NCBI GenBank assembly: GCA_964537715.1
Contig: CAZIAH010000005.1
Location: forward strand, 4,465-68,464
Length of the DNA: 64,000 bases
From: an uncultured bacterium
GTDB lineage: Bacteria; Zhuqueibacterota; QNDG01; DSAB01
Reading direction: 5' to 3'
The notes under the pieces are model-generated. The model ran no database searches. It saw nothing but the letters and a program-made list of their open reading frames with translations, and was not told where the DNA came from. The position numbers were made by a program, and so were the translations under genes. Shown here one piece after another: positions 1-8,640 of this stretch (its first letter is position 1; every line of letters starts with the position of its first letter).

Positions 1-1737
1 TCACGATCCGTTGAACAATACCGCTGCTATTTGTAACTGAGATCGCATTTTTACAGCCGGGAATCACATTGGAAACAATATAACGATCCCCTTTATGCTC
101 CACTGTCCCGCTCGTTGATTGGATTTCAGAAATTGTAGAGGCATCGAAACAGAATTCAGGCGTAATTCCAGGATTCTGGATGAAGAACCAATCCGTACGA
201 TCCCCCTGATCGATGCGGCATAAAGGTTGGGCTGTCGCATATTTTAGCAGCGTGCCATCCATATTTTTGTTGATTGGCCAGATAAAAATACAACTATCCG
301 GAATATCAACCGGTTTTGATGGAAACGCCAAATTTTCACCTGGCAACTGGATTTCAAACTGTACATTTTTCTGAACCGGTTTCTGCGCGCCGCGGTAATA
401 ATTCAATCCGAACAGGTAAGCCGAATTCCCAAGCGCGCGCACTGCGTATTGCAGCTCTTTTCGGGCGTCCCCATTCGTCGGAATCACCGGAAGCATCGGC
501 GCCAGTTCGTCCCCGAATTCATTGAGAAAATAGTGCAGTTTTTTGACTTCATGATATGATGGCGCCAGTTCACCTGTCTCGCGAATGGCGGCCTGAAAAT
601 CATAAGAGATGTCCGGATAGTCATTACTGTAACCGGTTTCATCCCGATTCTCCTCCAGAGTGGTGTAAATTCCCACGGGATTGATTCCGCCGGTAAATAC
701 ATAATAGCCCGGTAAGTTGCTGCCGGAACCAACGTTAACCGTGGCAATCGCCAGGCCATCGAATCGGCTGAGTACCGGTCTCCTGTGCCCGGACAGTTGA
801 TTGCCCACGCCCAGTTCGCACGTCAAATAGGGGTAGCGTGTGTAGTCGACCTGGTAACCTCCGAAACGCTCTGCTTCTCTGTTACCGATGGTCTCATCAT
901 TCATCGGCAATGAAAATGTAAAGCTCGAATTTTCTTCGATCTTGTCCGTATGCGCCGCCCATGGTTCAGCCGGATAGCTGCCCCATAGCGGAATCACCTC
1001 ATCTTTCGGCACAGATGCGGCACGCCAGCCTGTGACCGTGTATATCGGGACATCGAGTCCATATTTTAAAGCAGTTTGTTTTAACCAGCGGATATACTCC
1101 TCCCCCTGCTCGCCGCGCCAGTATTCATTCTCCAATTGGATGCCAATAACCGGACCGTCGTCTTTGTGCAAATACCCATGCAGCTGCTGAGCAATTTGAC
1201 TATACCATCGATCTGCATAAAACTGGTATACCGGATGATTCGTCCGGTTTTGCAGATTCTTTTTCTTAAAAATCCAATCGGGAATGCCGCCGTTGCGCAC
1301 TTCACCATGACACCAGGGACCAATCCGGGGCCAGGCATACAAATCATGTTTTTTGCACAATTTGATAAAGTCGCGCAGATCCTTGTTTCCCGACCAATCG
1401 AACTGTCCTTCAATTTCCTCATGGTGAATCCAGAATACGTAGCAGGCGATAATGTTAATGCCGTTGGCCTTCATCTTTAAGATTAAATCTTCCCAATGCT
1501 CTCTTGGACAACGAGAATAGTGAATTTCTCCCATCACCGGGATCACTGGTTTCCCGCTGAGCGTCAGGTATTGATTGTTTACAAGAATTTCCTGACCTTC
1601 AGGACCTGGGTGTCCCATTTTTAAATGCCCGGCCATAATTTGTTTGGGAGGTACCCGGGCGTCGATAGTGAAGGTTTTCGCGGAGATAGCACTAACAGCA
1701 ATTATTAGCATGCCTATTGTGAAGAGCATATTTTTCA
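1..1737 (-). CDS. Glycoside hydrolase family 35 beta-galactosidase, secreted; 3' end truncated by the window edge
   Basis: ATG at complement 1735-1737. Uninterrupted reverse-frame reading to position 1, with no stop in the window. N-terminal signal peptide MKNMLFTIGMLIIAVSAISA. GH35-type catalytic region PVIGIQLENEY and IGPWCHGEVRNGG. The ORF track lists no complete ORF here because the stop lies outside the window. Confidence 0.75.
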
Positions 1738-1764
1738 TGATATTTTCTCTAAAATATTTTCATT

Positions 1765-4653
1765 CTATTTCGGTCTTAAATCATTCGGACTATCGGATGT
1801 ATGAAAATTTAATTTATTCCTTTCTTTATTTGTAAAGATATCCTCAATAGTTTCAATATCAACATCAAATTTGGGTTGGAATTTTTGCGACGCTATATAT
1901 TTTTTCAAACTGTAGAACAATTGTCTTGCAACAATCCTTTCATCAGGATTTGTTTCCAAATCAGCGCTGCAAACCAGCAATTTCCCATTTAAAACATTGG
2001 CTTCGAATATCAATCCTAATCTGCGATTTAAAAACCAGGTGTCTATGGGTTGCACAATCGGACGAAATTCTGCCGGAAAATCATCGAGTATCATTACCTG
2101 TTGCTTGTGCAAAATTTCCCACCACTGCAAATTGCTGTGAAAATCAGTTGGGAAATCTGCGAACGCCGGATGTTCCGGGTTGCATAAAATGCCCAGCGTA
2201 TGCGGCGGCCGCATCTGGAACCATGATGTATTCCAGAATACCGGCCGGAAATATTGAACAACATCCTTGCCATTTTGGACTTTTCCTGCGCAAAGTAAAA
2301 GTACTTTTCCTCCCTTTTGCAGAACAGCTTTCGTTTCTTCATCAAATTCGTTGCTAATGGTTATATCTGTATTTATATCCGGCAGCTTTGCCGGATAGAC
2401 CCAGAAATCCCAGTCATTTTTATATTTCATTACTTTGACTTGCAGATTCAGCTTTGAAGCCTTTTTCACATTTAAAAGCGGCGCTTCCACAGTTCCCAAT
2501 TCAATGCCGTTTCCGATTGGAATGTCTTTGGCGCCCAGCTCGCCATTAAAGAGCAGATTGCCATGTTCATCAGTAATTTTCCATTGTGGTACAACGTGAT
2601 TAAGCGCTTCTTCACCAAAATGAGCAATTTCGATATCTGCTTTAAAGATTTCATTATTTGTATAAACAAATTTGGGTAAGCGTGCCAATGGCACGGTATA
2701 ATTGCAGAAACGTTTAAATCCTTCAGCCGTTATGTATCCTTTGTTGTCCCAGAAAACATCCAGCACGCCGACAAGCGCTGTGCCCTGCCCGGGGAAATCA
2801 TTCAGCGAAAGTAATTGTATTCCTGCTAATCCGCGCGTCCTCAAGGCTGCCTCAATCTCTGATTTATAACACAACGCCTGCAGTTTTCCGGACGCCATTA
2901 AAAAATCATTTGCTAAATCACTCATGTGATGATCGGCCAAATCTTCCTTAAAAAGCTCGAAATTGCGCGGTTCATAAACGCCCGTATATCTGTCCATTTC
3001 ATTGAAGTTTGGAAAGACACAATACTGCCCCATCTCATGAGCGACATAAGGGACGTTATATTTTGCGATTCTATCTTCATAATCGAAAAGGCTCTGTGGC
3101 CGTTCATCCCAGGGCAGTCCACGCGGCTCTGAACGCACAATATATTCGCTCTCAGGAACCAATGGCCAACTGCGCGCGATGGAGGCGCCTGTATATACTC
3201 GACGTTGATCTTTTTCTTTCCAGTGGTTGACAAAGTCGCCCAGATATTTCACTTGGTTATGACCTGCGGGTTCGTTGCCGTAAGCCATCATCACGAAAGA
3301 AGGATGATTCCCATAAGCGTCAACAATGCGTTCTGTTTCATCGTAAATATACTGATCGATGGGCTTACCGTCTCCGAGGGATGCGCCATGATTCGCCCAA
3401 CTTGCACCTTCGGGCTGCAAGTAAAATCCGGTTTTGTCCGCTGCATTGAAGGCAGCCTCCGGTGGACACCAGGAATGAAAGCGTATATGATTGAATCCAT
3501 ATTCGCGGCAGGTTTTAAAAATGCGCTCCCATGATCGGACATCTGTCGGCGGGCAGCCTGTTATTGGAAAAGCTGCGCAATCCACTGTTCCTCTTAGGAA
3601 GGTCTGTCTTCCATTTACTTCAAACCTGACGCCATTAACCTTAAACTCGCGCATGCCAAATTGAATCTCTTTTAAGGCTTTATTATTCAATTGATCAGCC
3701 AATTCTAAAGTAAGTTTGTAAAGCGCAGGATTAAATTCATCCCAGAGTTGAACTTCTTCCCCCATCGCATAATTGATTTTTATTATCGTGTCTGGCGTGT
3801 TGATGCTAATTTTCGTTGTAACAGATTTTATCTGATGTCTGGTATTCGAATTAAAAGATTTTGCAGATAATCGAACCGTACAAAGCGAGGATCGTTCATC
3901 CGGTTTGCTTATGTTCATAACCACTTTAACAGATTTTGTGTGTATATCGGGAAAAAGTTTAACATCCGCAAAATGGATCGGAGGCAAGGCTTCCAATTTT
4001 ATGCTGCCGACAATACCGTTCCAGTTTCCCTGTGTATGGTCGGTGAGGCTGTGCGAATCAGGACCGACGTTAATATCTTTGATGCGATTATCAACCCGAA
4101 TGACAATCGAATGCTTTCCCGGTGTTAAGCTTTTGCTTAGATCAAAGACGTGAGGTGTTGAGAGACTGTTTTGCAGTCCTTGTCTGATCGTATCTACCCA
4201 AACGATGGTTTCCCAGTGCGGACGTTCGAGGAACAATTTGATGGTCTTGTTTTCCCACGATTGTGGGATTGTTACCTCTTTACGATACCATGCAGATCCT
4301 ACATAATGTTTACGCGGCGTAAGCCAAAACGGAAATTTGATATTCCCGGGTTGTCGGTATTTTTTTAACCGTGGATCGAAAAACCAGGAGCTGTCGTAAA
4401 TAGTGCCTGTCCACCGGGTTGTCAATGACGGTTCATCACCTTTGTTGTTTTCCGCCATGGAACCGGGTAGTGTCATCTCATCGACTAAATCAAGACGATA
4501 CCATTCCTGCTTAATTCCAACATCTAAAGAATCAATCGCAAAATGCCATTTACCGGCAAGTGAAATGATATTTTTATGGTCCACATCACAACTCGCGAAC
4601 AAAATGATGATTGCAAAAAAGCTGACTGTTTTTAAAATGGATTTTTTAATCAT
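1765..4653 (-). CDS. GH2-like glycoside hydrolase (beta-galactosidase/beta-glucuronidase-type TIM barrel), lipoprotein
   Basis: ORF 1765..4686. Preferred ATG at 4653 gives MIKKSILKTVSFFAIIILFASC (lipobox). GH2 N-terminal sugar-binding signature (WYRKEVTIP..KLFLE..VWVD). TIM-barrel segment GFNHIRFHSWCPPE and acid/base motif AYGNEP. Confidence 0.7.
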   Translation of the reverse strand: MIKKSILKTVSFFAIIILFASCDVDHKNIISLAGKWHFAIDSLDVGIKQEWYRLDLVDEMTLPGSMAENNKGDEPSLTTRWTGTIYDSSWFFDPRLKKYRQPGNIKFPFWLTPRKHYVGSAWYRKEVTIPQSWENKTIKLFLERPHWETIVWVDTIRQGLQNSLSTPHVFDLSKSLTPGKHSIVIRVDNRIKDINVGPDSHSLTDHTQGNWNGIVGSIKLEALPPIHFADVKLFPDIHTKSVKVVMNISKPDERSSLCTVRLSAKSFNSNTRHQIKSVTTKISINTPDTIIKINYAMGEEVQLWDEFNPALYKLTLELADQLNNKALKEIQFGMREFKVNGVRFEVNGRQTFLRGTVDCAAFPITGCPPTDVRSWERIFKTCREYGFNHIRFHSWCPPEAAFNAADKTGFYLQPEGASWANHGASLGDGKPIDQYIYDETERIVDAYGNHPSFVMMAYGNEPAGHNQVKYLGDFVNHWKEKDQRRVYTGASIARSWPLVPESEYIVRSEPRGLPWDERPQSLFDYEDRIAKYNVPYVAHEMGQYCVFPNFNEMDRYTGVYEPRNFELFKEDLADHHMSDLANDFLMASGKLQALCYKSEIEAALRTRGLAGIQLLSLNDFPGQGTALVGVLDVFWDNKGYITAEGFKRFCNYTVPLARLPKFVYTNNEIFKADIEIAHFGEEALNHVVPQWKITDEHGNLLFNGELGAKDIPIGNGIELGTVEAPLLNVKKASKLNLQVKVMKYKNDWDFWVYPAKLPDINTDITISNEFDEETKAVLQKGGKVLLLCAGKVQNGKDVVQYFRPVFWNTSWFQMRPPHTLGILCNPEHPAFADFPTDFHSNLQWWEILHKQQVMILDDFPAEFRPIVQPIDTWFLNRRLGLIFEANVLNGKLLVCSADLETNPDERIVARQLFYSLKKYIASQKFQPKFDVDIETIEDIFTNKERNKLNFHTSDSPNDLRPK

Positions 4654-4792
4654 AGTTTTTGTATAGAATCTAATTCGGCCACACAACCACGATTCTTATC
4701 TCCATCCTTCTGCTTTTTCCAATGCCGCTAATACGGATACCAATAAAATTACTGCCATAGGCCATTTTATCGATTTCATTCGTTTAAACTCT

Positions 4793-6262
4793 CTATTTTA
4801 GCATCATCATCTTACTTGTTCTAACCTGATTAGCCGCTCTCAATTGGACGACATATAGTCCTGAAGGTACATTATTTCCAAAATTATCCTGCCCGTTCCA
4901 ATGATTCCTGTAAGTTCCTTCTTTCAATTGAGCATTTTTATAAAATGAAATAGTTTTTCGTCCTTGTAAATCATACAGGACCAAATCGACGAATGTTGGT
5001 TTTATTAAAGAAAAAGAAAGTGTTGTTGAAGAATTAAACGGATTAGGATACGCCTCATATAGTTCAATTTGGGTTGGAATTGCAGAACCACTTTGGGGAG
5101 ACACACTCATACTTTCAGCCATTTTATACATCTCACTGCCTGCAAGTAGAAATCCGCCATGCCCATATCCTTCAAAATTTGGCGCCTTATCATAAGATAA
5201 AGGCTGGCCATCGGAGGGTTGTTTGCCTGTGCTTTGGACATAACCCAAAAATCCATCGGGATGCAGCGCATCATTTACCATGCCGTTCCATCCTTTGATT
5301 GCAGAAGTGCTGTATTTGGGATCAGTTAGAATTCCATTGTTGACGCCCCATGCCAAACCATAGGTGAAAAAAGCGGTGCCCGATGTTTCTTTACCGCCAT
5401 AATTATTGGGATCGTGCAAACTCGAATTCCAGAAACCATCTTCCCTTTGCACCAGCACCAGCGCTTCAGCCATTTCCCGGAATACCGTGATATACTCGTC
5501 GCGATGAGGAGTGTCTTCCGGGATAATATCGAGAACGCGCGCAAGCGCAGTGAGCACCCATCCATTTCCACGCGACCAGTACTCATCTTCGCCGTTTGGC
5601 GCCTGACAGGGAGGATCAAAGTCCTTATCGCGCCACCATAAATGATCTACAGGATTATATAGACCATTATCGCCATGTGTGGTTTTAGTATAATTGTAAA
5701 TGCTATACATTTTCTCAAAATATTTGTCTTCGCCGGTGACCACGCCAAGTTTTGCGTACACTGGCATAGCCATTTGTACAGCGTCAATCCACGACCAGTA
5801 ATTATTCTTGTCGCTATCAACCTGTTTATCGATATTTTCTTTGATTGAAGATAATCGTTCTGGTTGAGGATCAATCTGGTAAAGTTCCAGATATGTTTGC
5901 CCGCAGCACTGATGATCTGCATCAGTCGTTTCCAAACTACCGTATGTTGGTTTCCACTGGTGACCTTCTGCCCATGTAACGGCATAATTGTAATAGTCTT
6001 GCTTTGAATCGATAAAATATAAAGCCATTAAACCCTCATAATATACGGCGCGCGTCCAGAGGTTGCTTGGGCGTACCTTATCGGTTACAATATCAGCAGT
6101 CGGGTCTGGCCATTTGTTCATAAAATAGGTGTTTGCCAAGGTCATTTTTTCAAGAATCGTTGTTTTGTCAGATAAATTCTGTGTATTAACTGCTGCTATC
6201 GGAATAAGAAAAATTAATACAATAACAAATTTGCCCAAGTCTAATTTTTTAATCGTTTTCAT
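4793..6262 (-). CDS. GH105/GH88 unsaturated rhamnogalacturonyl/glucuronyl hydrolase with T9SS C-terminal sorting domain
   Basis: 489 aa. Signal peptide present. YWSRGNGW motif typical of the YteR/YesR (GH105) fold. C-terminal tail YEAYPNPFNSSTTLSF...LK matches the T9SS CTD. Strong SD (AGGAGG) upstream of the ATG. Confidence 0.75.
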   Translation of the reverse strand: MKTIKKLDLGKFVIVLIFLIPIAAVNTQNLSDKTTILEKMTLANTYFMNKWPDPTADIVTDKVRPSNLWTRAVYYEGLMALYFIDSKQDYYNYAVTWAEGHQWKPTYGSLETTDADHQCCGQTYLELYQIDPQPERLSSIKENIDKQVDSDKNNYWSWIDAVQMAMPVYAKLGVVTGEDKYFEKMYSIYNYTKTTHGDNGLYNPVDHLWWRDKDFDPPCQAPNGEDEYWSRGNGWVLTALARVLDIIPEDTPHRDEYITVFREMAEALVLVQREDGFWNSSLHDPNNYGGKETSGTAFFTYGLAWGVNNGILTDPKYSTSAIKGWNGMVNDALHPDGFLGYVQSTGKQPSDGQPLSYDKAPNFEGYGHGGFLLAGSEMYKMAESMSVSPQSGSAIPTQIELYEAYPNPFNSSTTLSFSLIKPTFVDLVLYDLQGRKTISFYKNAQLKEGTYRNHWNGQDNFGNNVPSGLYVVQLRAANQVRTSKMMMLK

Positions 6263-6361
6263 CTTATGTGCCTCCTAAAATCATAAATTAATTATTATAA
6301 TAACAAGGTATTACGAGAGCGATGGAAGCGCTGATGCACCTTTTTAGACCGGATTCATAAG

Positions 6362-8512
6362 TTATTCTCCCATTTCAGCTGGTACTTTTCCTACAACAAT
6401 GCATTTGCTCTCCCAGGGTTCAAGTTTTAATTCAAATGCGACATGGCCGGGATCCGGTGATGATGCATCAATCTTGAGGATTTTCCCTTTCATGGCATCC
6501 CATCCCTGAGCTTGTCCTTTTCCTGTAAGTGTTACATTTCTCTCTTGTTTTACTCTACCTTCATTAAAGAAAAAAAACAAATCAGCATCTGCAAGTTTGC
6601 GATGAACATATTTAATTTCTGCACAAGCGCTGTCCAGTTTAACATCCGGTTCCGGTAACGCTTTCAATACTTCCAGGGTCAATTCTCCCGACGGTTCTTT
6701 TATCGCCCAACTCAGATCGCCAGGAGCTGTTGCATCACGGAATGTTTTGTCCACGACAAGCGATGGTTCATCACCAAGAAAAACGACTTTTCCACCTGAT
6801 GCAGCAAAAGACTTTAGACGATTAAGCGCCTGTTTCGAAATTGCAAAAGCCGATGGAATGAGTACCGTTCTGTATGTTTGGCCGCTTAGATTTTTAAATC
6901 TACCATTTTCAAGTTGCATGGCTGACGAAAGCGCTGTTTCATCAACAAAATCAAAATCATGCTGCGTTTCGAGTAGGGTTTGCATGAGTTGCAGAACATA
7001 GTCGTTGCTTTCTTTATGTCCGAGCCACAAGCTGGTTGTCGGATGATACACAGCAATATCCGCGGCCGGCCGGCCTTGTGAAAGCAAATAGCAGCAGCGG
7101 TGTATATAATTGGCAACACCTGAAAATTCTTCACTTGCAGTCCAGCCATTCAGTCCAAGCTTTCCACTCGATGATGCAGGCACAAACATTACCTCTACCA
7201 TATTGATGCCGCGAACGAGTTGATAATCCAGCACCCATTTGGCCTGGGCAACAGACGGCTTAATATGGTAAGCGGCAAAACTCTCAGTGAATGAGCGCGG
7301 CTTACCGTACACATGAGCTGACGACGATGCGTATTTGGGATAATTCGTCGCATTTGTGTTATCCGGCCAGATCTGATTCCATATTGCATCTACACCGGGC
7401 ATCTGGACGTGCCGCATACATTCAAAGAAATCCCCTTCGTGCGTTACCAATTGCATCATATCATCTTCTTTGTTCAAATGAACGAGATATTCCAGGTTAT
7501 TCTGAGCGCACCAATCGGCCTGTTGCTGGAAAAAATATTCGCCGAACATATCGGACCAGACATCCCAATAATCGGCTTTTATGCGCTTTTGCTCATCGGT
7601 TGGTTTACTTATAAAAAAAGAAGCGACATAAGGTTGGACATCATAACCTTTGCGCTTTTTGAAAATCTCGAAGATTTTCGGCGTCCAGGGAATACCACGG
7701 ATGCTGTAATCCGGCTCATCACCGCGAAAGCCCAGTACTGTTTTCCCAAATTCCGACCCGACACGTTTCTTATGTTCTTCATGAGTAAATTCGAGGAATT
7801 TTTTTGTGGCAGCGGGATCGAGATAGTCCATCAGCGAATTGCTGGTATCTTTGCCATGTGTCGGATTGTTGACAGCGCGTGTCGGCGAACTGCGGAAATC
7901 ATGTTTGATGAGTAGAATGCTCCATTCTCCTTCCGGCGCTGTCCACTGTAATTGGCCAGATTGGATTTCAAGAATTTGGTTGGTCGTATCAGCCTGATTA
8001 ATAGCAATGGCGCCTATGATATCAGTAGGCAGTTTTTGAGAAATTGTTACTTTGCCGGCTACTTCCAATGTATCAGCCACTACAAGAGCTTTCATTCTCA
8101 GCTCAGGCGCATCGATTGTAAACTTGCCCCCTGCAAATCCGCTGGGATATTTTCCCTCATCTACGATCCAGACCCGCATATCCCTTTCGCGCGCCATTTC
8201 CACAGTGCGTTTGACCAGAGCAAACCATTCGGGTGAAAGATATGGAGCGCCCATGTCGTACCCTGATTCCAGGGTAACAATGTGAACGCCCCGGGCTTTA
8301 AAAGCATCCAAGTCCCGGGCAATCACTTCATCGGTGATTTCACCATCCCATCCCCAATAGAATGTCAGGCTGTATTCAACCGGCGGCGATTGGAAGTTGG
8401 CGGCGATTTCGTCCATGCTTGTGTCGTTGAGCGCTTGCCAGGAACGGTTGGATGAGCATGCAGATAAACTCAAAAGTATAAATAGGGACAGGACAATTTT
8501 TAAAGATTTCAT
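6362..8512 (-). CDS. Secreted lipoprotein, putative glycoside hydrolase of undetermined family (TIM-barrel-like N-region, GH42-domain-B-like alpha/beta C-region)
   Basis: ORF 6362..8557. ATG at 8512 gives MKSLKIVLSLFILLSLSACSS (lipobox). Segments FYWGWDGEI..RDLDAFKARGVHIVTL and GFRGDEPDY suggest a (beta/alpha)8 barrel. C-terminal VVFLGDEPSLV region resembles a flavodoxin-like trimerisation/GATase-like domain. No family assignment possible by eye. Confidence 0.45.
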   Translation of the reverse strand: MKSLKIVLSLFILLSLSACSSNRSWQALNDTSMDEIAANFQSPPVEYSLTFYWGWDGEITDEVIARDLDAFKARGVHIVTLESGYDMGAPYLSPEWFALVKRTVEMARERDMRVWIVDEGKYPSGFAGGKFTIDAPELRMKALVVADTLEVAGKVTISQKLPTDIIGAIAINQADTTNQILEIQSGQLQWTAPEGEWSILLIKHDFRSSPTRAVNNPTHGKDTSNSLMDYLDPAATKKFLEFTHEEHKKRVGSEFGKTVLGFRGDEPDYSIRGIPWTPKIFEIFKKRKGYDVQPYVASFFISKPTDEQKRIKADYWDVWSDMFGEYFFQQQADWCAQNNLEYLVHLNKEDDMMQLVTHEGDFFECMRHVQMPGVDAIWNQIWPDNTNATNYPKYASSSAHVYGKPRSFTESFAAYHIKPSVAQAKWVLDYQLVRGINMVEVMFVPASSSGKLGLNGWTASEEFSGVANYIHRCCYLLSQGRPAADIAVYHPTTSLWLGHKESNDYVLQLMQTLLETQHDFDFVDETALSSAMQLENGRFKNLSGQTYRTVLIPSAFAISKQALNRLKSFAASGGKVVFLGDEPSLVVDKTFRDATAPGDLSWAIKEPSGELTLEVLKALPEPDVKLDSACAEIKYVHRKLADADLFFFFNEGRVKQERNVTLTGKGQAQGWDAMKGKILKIDASSPDPGHVAFELKLEPWESKCIVVGKVPAEMGE

Positions 8513-8570
8513 ATTTTTATCCATTTTATTTGAGACTACGTATGAGTGCAATTTCAAAGTATACTTATAT

Positions 8571-8617
8571 CGAAGTGGTTTTGAGATTTTGTCATAATAA
8601 ATCTCAAAACCACTTCG
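8571..8617 (-). terminator. Large perfect hairpin (18-bp stem) between the GH78 gene and the next gene; terminator or attenuator
   Basis: cgaagtggttttgagatt (8571-8588), 11-nt loop, aatctcaaaaccacttcg (8600-8617). 23 nt after the GH78 stop. The downstream tract is A/U-rich but not a clean U-run. Confidence 0.4.
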
Positions 8618-8640
8618 GAAGGAGTAAATGATGAAACGAT

